Below are positions 29,194-39,616 of a stretch of 64,000 bases of DNA, one piece after another; positions within the stretch are counted from its first letter, which is position 1, and every line of letters starts with the position of its first letter. The position numbers were made by a program, and so were the translations under genes. The DNA is from a virus. Below the pieces are notes generated by a model, which saw only the letters and a list, made by a program, of their open reading frames with translations, ran no database searches and was not told the DNA's origin. The DNA lies in the IMG/VR virus record IMGVR_UViG_3300032516_000009, positions 1 to 64,000 of that record, one strand, 5' to 3'.

Positions 29194-29856
29194 TTATTGA
29201 TTCACGACATCGTAGCATACAACTTCTGCAGGAGTAAGAGACACACGCTTATTCAATTTCAAACTGGAATCTTTGTGTCCTTCATATGAAACATGTGCAT
29301 AGTTAACAAATTCATCATTATGGGTAACCATAAGAATGTTGATTCCGGTTTCTTCTGATAATCGTCGCATGAAATCTCCGGCCATCGGTACATAATAATT
29401 AGCCAAAGATGCTAATGACTCATCCAATAACAATAAATTCCCCATTTGCATGCGAGTCATAATAGCTAATCTTAATATGAATGATATAAATGCAACTGCC
29501 CCACCACCAAATGAATCGAGTGGATCACCTTCAATTCCATCGTTATCAATGGAAAATCGCATTGATAATCGATTATATTTTAATTCTTGATTGATTTTAA
29601 AAATCAAATTTTGATCATGGATCACACTCTGAAGTCCACTTGTTATTAATTCAGATATTGAATTAACATTATTTTCTAATAGATCTTCTAGCCATGTTTT
29701 AAAAATTTCAGAACTCTTCTGATTCAATTCCGCAGTATAATGATTTTGATCTATCAAAATTTTCTCAGATTGAATTTGACTTCTGATCAAATCCCTATAC
29801 ATCAATAGCCGTTCCGCTTGTCGTTTGAAATTATCGAATTTCTCATACAAAGTCAT
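29194..29856 (-). CDS. sbcC: SbcC/Rad50 ATPase, C-terminal half
   Basis: ABC signature FGGG, Walker B LLLLDE, H-loop VTH; no Walker A. Confidence 0.8.
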   Translation of the reverse strand: MTLYEKFDNFKRQAERLLMYRDLIRSQIQSEKILIDQNHYTAELNQKSSEIFKTWLEDLLENNVNSISELITSGLQSVIHDQNLIFKINQELKYNRLSMRFSIDNDGIEGDPLDSFGGGAVAFISFILRLAIMTRMQMGNLLLLDESLASLANYYVPMAGDFMRRLSEETGINILMVTHNDEFVNYAHVSYEGHKDSSLKLNKRVSLTPAEVVCYDVVNQ

Positions 29857-30962
29857 TGATGAACCCTCATGCTTTGCAAATAGTGTAATGACTTGACAGC
29901 GGCCCCCTCTCCTTGAGACACTTCAAGAATAGTAGGTGTTTTTTGATGATGGAACCTTAACACCACTATTTTTTCTATAAATCCAATCATATTGACCAAA
30001 ACATTGATTGGAAAATCCGCCTTTATCTCATCTCCTTTTACAAATTTAACCGGAAAATTTGATATTTCATCTTGTCCGAAGAACAATTTCATTTGTCCAT
30101 CCTGAGCATGGATCCCCAGTCGTTGAGTTCCCTCGATCACTAGGGATGCCCATGATAAATTCTTAGCGAATTGTTCTCTGTCAATAAATACTTCGGTTTG
30201 AAAATCTGCCGAGTCCAGGATGGTTAGAGCAGGTTTCGGGGTTGTAATCCTACCGAGGATAAGTGTAGACCCCGTCTCAGGATCAGCCACACATAATTTT
30301 TGCTCATTACAAGACAAATCGATCGTTGAACCTAGACATTTTGCACAAAATGCGCGAATTATTGGAATATCAGAACTAATAATAGATAAATCAAGTTGCA
30401 TTCCATCTAAAAATGCAATAGACCCATAATATCTAGCATTGGAAACCGCACAATTTTGGTCCGAATAGAAATGAATTTGATTTATGCGCATATCCTCTTC
30501 TGTCTTGGTCTCTTTTATCAGAGCGGAACAAGATATTTGGCGCAATAGGTTATCAAATAAATTTTTGTCGATAGATGATTTAGTTGCATCACCCAGACCG
30601 ACACTTGGGTCTGGCATCTTTATTCTAACTATCTTCTTGGGAATTGAGGCCCGTCTGATTTGATCTCCCCCCTGCATTTTTACGGATAAAGTCTTATCGT
30701 TCACGCCAATCGATACTGAATCTAATTCAGTATCGAATAAAGCAATTCTATCTAAACTAACATACGTTTCATTCAATTCAAAATCAGCGGGAGACGATTC
30801 AGCCGGGATTACTACTTTAATATATTTTCGTTTATCTGCAGATGATATGACCATTGATGAATTATCAAATTTGATGTTGAAGTCTCCTATCTCCGGTTTT
30901 ATGATCCTTGCCAGAGATAACCCATCCTTTAATTTTTTCGGATCAAAGATAAATTCGGCCAT
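29853..30962 (-). CDS. dnaN: Probable DNA polymerase III beta sliding clamp
   Basis: 369 aa; three-domain clamp-like beta/alpha periodicity; dnaX, holA and holB in the same region. Confidence 0.6.
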   Translation of the reverse strand: MAEFIFDPKKLKDGLSLARIIKPEIGDFNIKFDNSSMVISSADKRKYIKVVIPAESSPADFELNETYVSLDRIALFDTELDSVSIGVNDKTLSVKMQGGDQIRRASIPKKIVRIKMPDPSVGLGDATKSSIDKNLFDNLLRQISCSALIKETKTEEDMRINQIHFYSDQNCAVSNARYYGSIAFLDGMQLDLSIISSDIPIIRAFCAKCLGSTIDLSCNEQKLCVADPETGSTLILGRITTPKPALTILDSADFQTEVFIDREQFAKNLSWASLVIEGTQRLGIHAQDGQMKLFFGQDEISNFPVKFVKGDEIKADFPINVLVNMIGFIEKIVVLRFHHQKTPTILEVSQGEGAAVKSLHYLQSMRVHQ

Positions 30963-30975
30963 GACTCTTCAACTC

Positions 30976-31269
30976 TCAAGATACTTCTTTTAGCATCGGC
31001 TGGACGATTTTTTCTGCTGCTTCAAGGTCTGCTTGGAAGGTGTCGAGTTTCACTGTCAAAACTTGTTTTAGTCGTCTTATTTCTTCCTTCAAGTTGCTTG
31101 GATCAAATCCAGCATCTTCAGCTAGTTTCATCAAGTTTTTGAGTTCTCTCTTCCTGGAATTTAACTCTGCTTCAACCTGCATTTTATTTTGTTGCAATGC
31201 TTCTCTTCGCTGGTTTAGTGCTTTAAATCTATTCTCTAATTCTTCTACCGATACTTCACGTTCTTCCAT
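30976..31269 (-). CDS. Coiled-coil protein in the recombination operon
   Basis: 97 aa heptad pattern; GGAG SD. Confidence 0.6.
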   Translation of the reverse strand: MEEREVSVEELENRFKALNQRREALQQNKMQVEAELNSRKRELKNLMKLAEDAGFDPSNLKEEIRRLKQVLTVKLDTFQADLEAAEKIVQPMLKEVS

Positions 31270-31277
31270 GAGATCTC

Positions 31278-32108
31278 CTAAATAGTCTCAACGTCTAGCA
31301 CAGAATTTTGAACTCTCCCAGTTTTAATCAATTTTTGTGCTGCAATATAAGATGTGCCCTCCTCACATTGTTGAACATACCCACATAAATTACAATAACT
31401 AGTAGGTTGAGAATCAAATTCTCCTTTGATGATTTGCTTAACTATATTGACTGTCTGTCTCAAATTAACACGAATGGAATCGTCATTATATGAAATCCAT
31501 TGAATAGGATCTTCAGGAAATTTCCAGAATATAAATCCTAATCTTGAAGGGGCAATATGGTATTTCAAAAAGAATTGAGCTGCATACCAAATTAACTGAT
31601 CAGGATCTACATATTTATCCCTCCATTGAGATCCCTTTCCATCTAATATCCATATTCTACCAGCATCGATATGTATAAAATCGGCTCTCCCGCCAATTTT
31701 GATTTCTAAATCATCGAATCGATATAGTGTATCTAATTTTACTTCAGATCTACTATTTGGTGATAATAATTTATTGTCCTTAATAGTTTTTACTCCATAA
31801 GTTACGAAGTATTTTAATTCCGCCAATAACTTTTCTTTAAATTCGTTATCTATTCGAATTTTATCTTTATCAAGAATCTTTTCAAGAGCAATATCTATTG
31901 AATTTAAACTGGCCTGAATGGCGTCAGGCTCAGCCCAAAATCGACGTTCATAAAACCATTCAAATACCTTGCCTATTACTGATCCAAACAGAGCAGATCG
32001 ACGATCAGAGATTTCTGGTTTACTGTCTATGTAGATAAGTTTATATCGTTTTGGACAGGTTAAATATGTTTTTCGTCCAGAATAACTAAGATATGAATTA
32101 TTCATCAC
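31278..32108 (-). CDS. PD-(D/E)XK nuclease (RecB/AddB/Cas4-like)
   Basis: LSYS..TCP..Y, GRADFI, ILDGK, QLIWY, CNLC...C. Confidence 0.85.
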   Translation of the reverse strand: MMNNSYLSYSGRKTYLTCPKRYKLIYIDSKPEISDRRSALFGSVIGKVFEWFYERRFWAEPDAIQASLNSIDIALEKILDKDKIRIDNEFKEKLLAELKYFVTYGVKTIKDNKLLSPNSRSEVKLDTLYRFDDLEIKIGGRADFIHIDAGRIWILDGKGSQWRDKYVDPDQLIWYAAQFFLKYHIAPSRLGFIFWKFPEDPIQWISYNDDSIRVNLRQTVNIVKQIIKGEFDSQPTSYCNLCGYVQQCEEGTSYIAAQKLIKTGRVQNSVLDVETI

Positions 32109-33102
32109 CTTCTGCCCCGGTTTCAGCTAGTTCTAATGTATTTAGAACTAGATTTTTAAGATCATCCGGGTAATCAGAATTCTGGAATTTTTTCACTTTT
32201 TCAGATAAACCGCCATCTTGAGAAAGAGCTAAATCTGAATAGAGCTTAGATATAAATTCGTTTAAATCCTTCCTTTCCTTCTCGAGCTGCTTCTTTCTGT
32301 CGAAATCGAATATTTCTGAAGCATCTCGACATGGAATTTCACAGGATTCAACACTTATGCCTTGTGAATTACATGTAATTAAACCGACTTTAGGTTTACG
32401 CTCGACATTTTCAAAACTTAGAGCGCCACGCGATATGGCTCCCAAATTTACAAATTTAACGCCACAATGTTCAGTTATTCCTTGATCCTTATGATAATGG
32501 CCAAATATATAAACATCTGGACATCCCTGAAAAATCAGATCTCGATAGTCAAATATCCGTTCACAAAAGAAAGACTGAATTCGTTCTTCTGGAGCATAAG
32601 CCGCTAATGCATGTATTACTGCTATAGTATAGCAATCATCTTCTTTCTTCTGTATTAACTCACGAAGTCCATCATAATCGAGATCAACAGTATACCCAAC
32701 TCCTATTACTCTAACCTTTAACGAATCAGCCAGAAACACTTCACTGGTTAATGAATAGAAAATCCCGGATTCAAGAATAACCCCAAGTGGTTGTTTCGGG
32801 ACAGTCTCGAGATTATTATGACTCAAATCATGATTTCCGGGTATCGCATATGTCGGACATGGGTACTGCCTATGAATAGCTGATGCTTGAGCCAATGTGG
32901 ACATCGTTGTCTTATTGGCTGCCTTTACATGGAAAAAATCGCCTCCCCTCAGCACCCCATCGGCTCTAAATTTACGAGCCGATTCGCCTTGCCATTCTAG
33001 TTTAGAAAGGATAGCGGAGCGATAGTCATCCTTCCGAAAACCTGGCGGAATATCGGCCAGATGTTCATCGGATGAAGTCAAAAAACGAATTTCGGACATC
33101 AT
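32098..33102 (-). CDS. sbcD: SbcD/Mre11 metallophosphoesterase nuclease
   Basis: DEH, GGDFFH, GNHD, GHYH motifs. Confidence 0.88.
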   Translation of the reverse strand: MMSEIRFLTSSDEHLADIPPGFRKDDYRSAILSKLEWQGESARKFRADGVLRGGDFFHVKAANKTTMSTLAQASAIHRQYPCPTYAIPGNHDLSHNNLETVPKQPLGVILESGIFYSLTSEVFLADSLKVRVIGVGYTVDLDYDGLRELIQKKEDDCYTIAVIHALAAYAPEERIQSFFCERIFDYRDLIFQGCPDVYIFGHYHKDQGITEHCGVKFVNLGAISRGALSFENVERKPKVGLITCNSQGISVESCEIPCRDASEIFDFDRKKQLEKERKDLNEFISKLYSDLALSQDGGLSEKVKKFQNSDYPDDLKNLVLNTLELAETGAEGDE

Positions 33103-33126
33103 GGAAAATATACAATTACCAAATAC

Positions 33127-33155
33127 TTGACAATATGTAACTCATGTGTTACAAT
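33127..33155 (+). promoter_or_regulatory. Near-consensus sigma70 promoter overlapped by a TGTAAC-N6-GTTACA operator-like palindrome
   Basis: TTGACA (33127-32), 17-nt spacer, TACAAT (33150-55); palindrome at 33136-33153. Confidence 0.8.
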
Positions 33156-33228
33156 CATACCATGCCATTATTTAAACAGGGTGATAAATTCGGAATTTTT
33201 ACTTAGTTTTAACTACTGGAGAACAAAA

Positions 33229-33417
33229 ATGAAAAAGAGTTATGCATTCAACCTTCGTCTACCAACAAACCTTGGGCAGAGACTAGAAAAAATTCAAGAA
33301 AAATTAAGCACACAATCTTTTGGGACAGATATAAATAGATCCAGTGTAATCAGAATGTTATTAGAACGTTCACTGCCATTGATAGAAAAAGAACTGAATA
33401 TTAACAGGAACTTATAA
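33229..33417 (+). CDS. Ribbon-helix-helix (Arc/CopG-like) regulator
   Basis: MKKSYAFNLRLPTNLGQRLEKI...NRSSVIRMLLE; GGAG SD. Confidence 0.75.
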   Translation: MKKSYAFNLRLPTNLGQRLEKIQEKLSTQSFGTDINRSSVIRMLLERSLPLIEKELNINRNL

Positions 33418-33432
33418 ATCTGATTTCAGACA

Positions 33433-36400
33433 TCAGTTCTCCGATTGATCTGTACATTCGCTAATACATTCGCTAATCAGATCTGATAGCGAAGAATTTC
33501 TAACAGTTTCTCTGATGTTGTTGACGGCAAATAGAAAAGCTCGGGAATCCCCAAAAATAAATGCCTTCTTCTTGGCTCTCGTTAGAGCGGTATAAATCAA
33601 ATTGCGATATAACATATATCCATATTGCATAGTCATCGGCAACAAAACAAAATCAAATTCTTGTCCTTGCGTTCTATGCGCAGTGCATGCATATGCAACT
33701 TTCAGAACAGATCTCGCTTCTTCGATATTAAATGTGAAGATTTTATCTATATACCTCGGAGTTCCAGATTCATAATCAAACCAATTGAAAATACGAACTT
33801 CGACTTCATCATCTCTAATTGAAATTCGATGGACTTTCCCAACATCCCCGTTATAGATCATTCTATCGTAATCATTTTTGATGACCATAATACGGTCACC
33901 CTCATAGAGATCACAGGCTCCATGTTTAATCTTAGCTGCTTTATTTGCTGAATATTGAGTGTTTAGAACTTCTCGCAATTTACGATTTAAGTTATTAACT
34001 CCAAGATCCCCGTCATACTTCGGAGCGATAACTTGAAAATTGGATTGATTATTCCGCATGAGAGATGTGATCTTACACATCTCATCTATAACCTTATTTT
34101 TCTCAAAATTCAAGAATACGACTTCAGAATCTTTTTTGAAAGATATGTCAATATCCCGTCCAGAAAGAATAGCGTGAGCTATCTTAATAATGTCTGATTC
34201 TCCCTCCTGTCTGTATATCTGAGTTAGAGAAACATGAGGGATGATCGGATTTAGCATTAAATTATGTAGAACATAACCAGCTCCAACAGATGGTAACTGA
34301 GCCGGATCGCCAACAAAAATTAAAATTGTTTCATGAGAAAGAGATGAGATCAAATGATAAAGCGTATTTCCATCCACCATGGAATTCGATACTAATATAT
34401 TATTAGAAAAATAATTATGATTATCTTTTACCTCTATATCATACACATATTTTGAATACTGATCATTAGGAGTATATGTTGATATAGATTGAACATAATA
34501 AGAGCCAGTATCATTATAAGGTAAAAACTCTGGTATTTTATATCCTACTTTTCCCTGGATTTTATAGGACATGGAGTCAATAATATAAGGACGGATAATA
34601 TCGAAAAATTTAATGGATGACGCACAAGTTAATCGTATATAATAATGACCACGAGAGCCATTCCTATAAACAGAACCGTTCACTGCCCATTTATCTCGTA
34701 ACCAGTCAACTATAATTCGACATTCTATTTTTGAAAACCCTTCAGTATGAAGGTACGCGCAAATAGATGGATTTTTAGATCTTTTAGTCTTAGTTTTTGA
34801 CAACTGCCCATCATCCATATACCAAGCAGCCAAACCTATGGCATCTATTCGATCTAACCATGTTTTAGTTATGGTTTTTCTTCCATTCAAATATAGCAAA
34901 TCTTTAATATCTTCTAGTCCATCGATTTTCAATGTTGTAGAAGTCCATAAAAATTTATTCTTATTGAAACCACCTCTACATTTACGAATGGAAGAATGAA
35001 AAAGATTAGCCTTAAATTTTAAATAATCTTCTTGTAACTGACCATGAACAAATCTAATATTACATGATTGTTTATTTTTTCCATATTTTGAGATTGAAGA
35101 ATCACCCAATAAACTTCCCAATAAAAATGATTCCTGAAATGAATTAAGGAAACGACCATGAATGATAACGCGATCTTCTTTATTAATATCAGAAGCTCTC
35201 TTTAAAAGACCGCTATCCATGTATACTTTATGCTTACCTGTACATCTTAATATTCGAGTTCGATTATGTGATAATGTTTTGGATAACACGATTTTGTATA
35301 ATTCATTCTTTCTTTCGTATTTAAACCAGTTAGTAACTACCTTTGGCTCTATTTTTTTTGTTTTTTTATTATAAGATAATACCTCAACTTGCTCCTTACT
35401 ATTAACTATCGTTCCGATATATTTTTTACTACCATCAGCAAGATTTACAAACTGTTTGTATGGTAAACACATTTCATCGACAATTACAGCATCTACGTGG
35501 TATTTGTTACCTCGATTAAATTCCCATTCGCCCCCATATCCATACCCTAGAGCGCGATGGATGGTAAAAGCTGGGCGACCTGTCATTTGAGACAAACGTT
35601 TAGCCGCTATTCCAGTGGGTGATAATAAAATGTAATTAAGATTGTTCTCTTCAAATAAATGAACGAAAGCGGATATTAATAGCGTCTTACCAGTTCCAGG
35701 ATATCCGGAAACTACGCAAATTCGTGATTTTTCTAATAAGAAAAAAGCATTTCGCTGTTCATCGGAGAGAATAAGATTCCTCGTCGATTCAAATTTCTGG
35801 AGGATCTCATTCAAATTACCAAGAGATTTTGAGCCGCATCTGATAATCTCAGCCATACATTCTGCAGATTCCGATTCGTATATCCAATTATCATATAAAT
35901 ATATCCTATCATTATGGACATGTATATGTCCGGCTTCCTTTAAAAAATTGATAGATGAATATAGATCAGATTGCGATACATATTCACCATGGACGAAAGG
36001 CTCGAGCTTATATCGAGCAAAAATTTTACTTGCGTGTTCAAGTATTTGATCGGAAGTACAATACATATGGCCTTCTGATCGTGCCAAATCATCAATAACG
36101 AATAATATCAACGCATGGACTCTTCGTATGTCATCAGCCTCAATACCGAGTTTGCAGGCAGCAGTATCAGCCGTCTGAAATCCAACGCCAGGACACCCGT
36201 ATAAGTTATATGGATTCTCTTTTACTATTGAAATTGTGGTCCCACCGAATATAGTATACACAGATTTAATCTGGGCTGAGTTTAATCCGAGATCAGCTAA
36301 AAATAAAGCAGCCGTCCTGGTCTCATTAGACTTTTTCCACTCTTCAACTATGATTTTGGATTGAATTGAAGTTAGAAAATCTAATTTAGCTACTTCTTCA

Positions 36401-36750
36401 GGATGTTCATTAAGCATATTAACTAGGTCATCACCGAATGCGTTATAAAGTTTGGCCGCCGTGATTGGTCCAATAGATGGTATATTATTGGCTAAGTACG
36501 TGATAATTCCATTCCTGCCTTTTTCCGGAATTACTTCACATGTCTGAGCATGGAATTGTTGTCCGTATGTTGGGTGCTCCTCAAATTCACCACCGTTAAA
36601 TTTAACTTTCAATCCAATGCTAAGATTGGCCCCGGGAAAAGTCCCTTTAATCACAATATTCTTATCAGCTACCTTGGTTTTTAATATGTAAAACCCAGTA
36701 TGTACGTTCGAGAAGATGATACTATCTATTTTTCCTACTATTTCTTCCAT
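33433..36750 (-). CDS. recD2: RecD2 helicase containing an intein (mature about 743 aa)
   Basis: HhH N-terminus, GYPGTGKT, SPTGIAAKRL, VDEM/SMVD, GDPAQLPSVG, TQGQEF, YTALTRAK. Confidence 0.93.
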   Translation of the reverse strand: MEEIVGKIDSIIFSNVHTGFYILKTKVADKNIVIKGTFPGANLSIGLKVKFNGGEFEEHPTYGQQFHAQTCEVIPEKGRNGIITYLANNIPSIGPITAAKLYNAFGDDLVNMLNEHPEEVAKLDFLTSIQSKIIVEEWKKSNETRTAALFLADLGLNSAQIKSVYTIFGGTTISIVKENPYNLYGCPGVGFQTADTAACKLGIEADDIRRVHALILFVIDDLARSEGHMYCTSDQILEHASKIFARYKLEPFVHGEYVSQSDLYSSINFLKEAGHIHVHNDRIYLYDNWIYESESAECMAEIIRCGSKSLGNLNEILQKFESTRNLILSDEQRNAFFLLEKSRICVVSGYPGTGKTLLISAFVHLFEENNLNYILLSPTGIAAKRLSQMTGRPAFTIHRALGYGYGGEWEFNRGNKYHVDAVIVDEMCLPYKQFVNLADGSKKYIGTIVNSKEQVEVLSYNKKTKKIEPKVVTNWFKYERKNELYKIVLSKTLSHNRTRILRCTGKHKVYMDSGLLKRASDINKEDRVIIHGRFLNSFQESFLLGSLLGDSSISKYGKNKQSCNIRFVHGQLQEDYLKFKANLFHSSIRKCRGGFNKNKFLWTSTTLKIDGLEDIKDLLYLNGRKTITKTWLDRIDAIGLAAWYMDDGQLSKTKTKRSKNPSICAYLHTEGFSKIECRIIVDWLRDKWAVNGSVYRNGSRGHYYIRLTCASSIKFFDIIRPYIIDSMSYKIQGKVGYKIPEFLPYNDTGSYYVQSISTYTPNDQYSKYVYDIEVKDNHNYFSNNILVSNSMVDGNTLYHLISSLSHETILIFVGDPAQLPSVGAGYVLHNLMLNPIIPHVSLTQIYRQEGESDIIKIAHAILSGRDIDISFKKDSEVVFLNFEKNKVIDEMCKITSLMRNNQSNFQVIAPKYDGDLGVNNLNRKLREVLNTQYSANKAAKIKHGACDLYEGDRIMVIKNDYDRMIYNGDVGKVHRISIRDDEVEVRIFNWFDYESGTPRYIDKIFTFNIEEARSVLKVAYACTAHRTQGQEFDFVLLPMTMQYGYMLYRNLIYTALTRAKKKAFIFGDSRAFLFAVNNIRETVRNSSLSDLISECISECTDQSEN
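34384..35469 (-). mobile_element. Intein in RecD2 at the Walker B motif (362 aa, LAGLIDADG endonuclease)
   Basis: DEM|CLPY...CTGKH...GSLLGDS...WYMDDG...VYDIEVKDNHNY...VSN|S. Confidence 0.92.
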
Positions 36751-36772
36751 CGATATATCAACTTACACTAAA

Positions 36773-37558
36773 TCACACTGTAAGTAACTGCATTAATTGT
36801 TCTTCATTTATAATAGGAATATTGAGTTTCCTGGCCTTCTGCATTTTAGACGAATTAGTATTTGAATCATTGGTAACTAGATATGAAGTACTGGCTGAAA
36901 CGGTTCCCTTAGCTGAGCCGCCAGCTTCCATCACCATTTTTTCTATAAATTTCCTGGGTTTGGATAACTCTCCAGTAATGCAAACCGATTTACCCTTGAA
37001 AGAGCTACCAATAGGTTTTGCGATATTTATTACCGTATTAAGATCAATAATTAGATCTCGCTTGTTGCTGATGCCATCAATAATTTGATTAGCTGTAATC
37101 TCTCCAATATTTGGAATATTTAATAAATCCGATAATTGCAACGATAGTATTTTATTTATACTATCGTGTCCAGCCTGAACAATATCAGTGGCAGTGGAAA
37201 TCCCGAGATTTGTAATATTCAAAGCAGATAAGAAAACCTCCATGGGCATCGACTTATTCTTATGTAATATATCATAGCATTTAGTAGCCATTTTCATCCC
37301 AGAACTATAATCAGATAATTGTTCGACAGTTAGTCTATAGAGATCAGCAATACTATTAACTGCTGGATTATCTGGCTTGGTGAGCGAAGCTATTAGGGCG
37401 TCACCCCAATATAATAACCCAAGACGCTCTACCCAAGCGCTAATTGATCCAGATAATTTTGCCGGACAGGTTTTGGACCGACAATATAAAAAATCACCTT
37501 CAATGACTGTATGAGAAGAACAAACAGGACAAAATTCTGGTATCTGGAATGGATCCAT
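36773..37558 (-). CDS. ligA: NAD-dependent DNA ligase, C-terminal half (Zn finger, HhH, BRCT)
   Basis: PEFCPVC..YC...CPA, HhH repeats, GKSVCITGEL..SSKMQKARKLNIPIINE. Confidence 0.9.
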   Translation of the reverse strand: MDPFQIPEFCPVCSSHTVIEGDFLYCRSKTCPAKLSGSISAWVERLGLLYWGDALIASLTKPDNPAVNSIADLYRLTVEQLSDYSSGMKMATKCYDILHKNKSMPMEVFLSALNITNLGISTATDIVQAGHDSINKILSLQLSDLLNIPNIGEITANQIIDGISNKRDLIIDLNTVINIAKPIGSSFKGKSVCITGELSKPRKFIEKMVMEAGGSAKGTVSASTSYLVTNDSNTNSSKMQKARKLNIPIINEEQLMQLLTV

Positions 37559-37580
37559 GCACTAGTTTACACTAGCGCCA

Positions 37581-38183
37581 TTATTCTTCTTTTTCTTTCT
37601 TCGGCTTCTTAGGTGGAGAGGTCTCTTCCTCTTCTTCTCCCTCGGGCGCCCATTCCTCCGGACCGCCCTCTCCTTCTATCACAACCGGGACCTTCTCTCC
37701 TTCCTCTTCCCCGCCTTCTCCGATAGGAGGTGCTTCCTCGAGAGGTTCTTCCTCAGGGGAAGGAGACATGGGCGGCTCCTCAGGAGACTGCGGATTAGGG
37801 GAAGGCTGCCTTCCTTGTCCCTGTCCTCCTTCGAATGTCATCGATTGTACCATCCGAAGGTCGCCTTTGCTAAACTCTCGTGAGAATTTAGACATTTGTT
37901 CGCCAAGGTCGAGAACCTTCTCAGATATTTCATTCAGATTTTCTAATTCTGATCCGCCAAAGTCCCCCTGTAACCGTGCTAGCTTAGCATAAAGCACGTG
38001 CAGATCCTTCAAAGCATCCGCGATATAGCTATGAACTCGTTGCCATTCTGCGTCCCTATCGACAAACGCAATCCTATTTGATAATTCTCGATTGACTACG
38101 GAAGCCGCTTTCGCCAATATAGACCTCGGCTTTAAAGATTGTTCAACGTCTGTGGCTACTTTATTCAAAATAGAATCAGACAT
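37581..38183 (-). CDS. Putative virion protein with a Pro/Glu-rich tail
   Basis: 200 aa; KVA/RIA motifs; late-type upstream motif. Confidence 0.55.
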   Translation of the reverse strand: MSDSILNKVATDVEQSLKPRSILAKAASVVNRELSNRIAFVDRDAEWQRVHSYIADALKDLHVLYAKLARLQGDFGGSELENLNEISEKVLDLGEQMSKFSREFSKGDLRMVQSMTFEGGQGQGRQPSPNPQSPEEPPMSPSPEEEPLEEAPPIGEGGEEEGEKVPVVIEGEGGPEEWAPEGEEEEETSPPKKPKKEKEE

Positions 38184-38228
38184 GTTCCCTCATATCATAC
38201 CAACTACCAAAAGGTTAACTGTCTTGAG

Positions 38229-38460
38229 TTATTTTCCAAACCCATCGTTTTTACCCAAATCCCATATCTTATTATATCCATGAGCCTCACGAATCTGAGT
38301 CTCTGTTAATCCAGAAATCTTTTCGACATTATTTTTCCGAAGAGCGGATTCGATAAGCTGGATCTGAAACTATCCTAATAAGTTCCCATTGAATGGGAAT
38401 CAACATATTCTTTTATACAAAATACAGCAATACATTTTAGATTTTCGATCATTCCGAAAG
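38229..38460 (-). pseudogene. Frameshifted remnant of a Hef-like homing endonuclease
   Basis: Fragments QWELIRIVSDPAY and SALRK...LTETQIREAHGYNKIWDLGK in different frames. Confidence 0.5.
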
Positions 38461-38489
38461 AACCCATCGCCATGGGTGTAAGTTTCTAT

Positions 38490-39608
38490 ATGGATGATAC
38501 CAGAATCAAGGAACTATCCGAAGAAATTAAAGCCGCCAGGTTAGCTTACTATAATCTAAATCCGATCCTAACCGACCAGGCCTATGATGCATTAATAGAT
38601 GAGCTAAAGAAATTAGATCCAAATCATCCGGAGATATTAGCTATTGGGGCTCCGATCACCCAGCATACCATATGGGAAAAAGTTAAACATATTATTCCGA
38701 TGGGGTCTCTAGATAAGGTCAAAACTTCAGATGAATTCAGAAAATGGGCGGAAGATGCCAAAGTTAAAAACTTCTTGATAACCCATAAGATTGATGGCTC
38801 GTCTCTCGAGGTCGTATATAGAGATGGAAAATTAGCGATGGCAGTGAGTCGAGGTGATGGGACCATAGGAGAAAATATTACTGCAAATGCCATCCAAATA
38901 CCGAATCTACCCAAAACTATCGATATAAGAATAGCCGGAACTGACGCAAAAGAGGTAATCATCCGTGGAGAAGTTGTGATGCTGAAAGAGGTGTTCCAAC
39001 GACTCTATGCCTCTGAGTATGCAAACCCAAGGAACACGGCTGCTGGAAAAATACGAGACAAGAAAAATAAAGGGTCCGATTGTGCGAATCTCACATTCAT
39101 AGCATACACAATTATGTGCGATGGAATACCCAAAACTGAATTTTATCGTTTCATATTACTCAAGAATTTGGGGTTTGAAGTTCCAGTATGTCAGGCGGGA
39201 GATATTGACTCGATAATTCAATACCATGAATCAGTCAAGGCAAATCGTGATGCCGTTCCATACGAAATCGATGGCACCGTCATCCGGATAAATGATGTCG
39301 AAACCCAAGAAGCTCTGGGTGATCTCAATATGAGGCCAAGAGGCCAAATCGCATGGAAATTTGACCCCTACATGGGGGTATCAAAAATCGTGAACATTAA
39401 GTGGCAGGTAGGAGCCAGTAACAGTGGAAGGATCACTCCAGTAGCAGTTATCGAGCCAATCAATGTCGGTGGGGTAACAATTACCAATATATCTTTACAC
39501 AATTTGGGAGTATTCAATGAATTAAAATTAAAGAAAGGGGATAAGGTACTCATTAGCAGACGTTCAGATGTGATCCCATACATCGAAGAGAATTTGGACT
39601 CAAAGTAA
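38490..39608 (+). CDS. ligA: NAD-dependent DNA ligase, N-terminal half (Ia, adenylation, OB fold)
   Basis: YY..P.LTDQAYD, MGSLDK, KIDG, SRGDG, RGEV, NPRNTAAG, IDGTV, IAWKF, SDVIPYI. Confidence 0.92.
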   Translation: MDDTRIKELSEEIKAARLAYYNLNPILTDQAYDALIDELKKLDPNHPEILAIGAPITQHTIWEKVKHIIPMGSLDKVKTSDEFRKWAEDAKVKNFLITHKIDGSSLEVVYRDGKLAMAVSRGDGTIGENITANAIQIPNLPKTIDIRIAGTDAKEVIIRGEVVMLKEVFQRLYASEYANPRNTAAGKIRDKKNKGSDCANLTFIAYTIMCDGIPKTEFYRFILLKNLGFEVPVCQAGDIDSIIQYHESVKANRDAVPYEIDGTVIRINDVETQEALGDLNMRPRGQIAWKFDPYMGVSKIVNIKWQVGASNSGRITPVAVIEPINVGGVTITNISLHNLGVFNELKLKKGDKVLISRRSDVIPYIEENLDSK

Positions 39609-39616
39609 CAAAGATA

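Noticed and set aside
36773-39608. Trans-splicing split intein joining the LigA halves
   Set aside because: No intein N- or C-terminal blocks at either break
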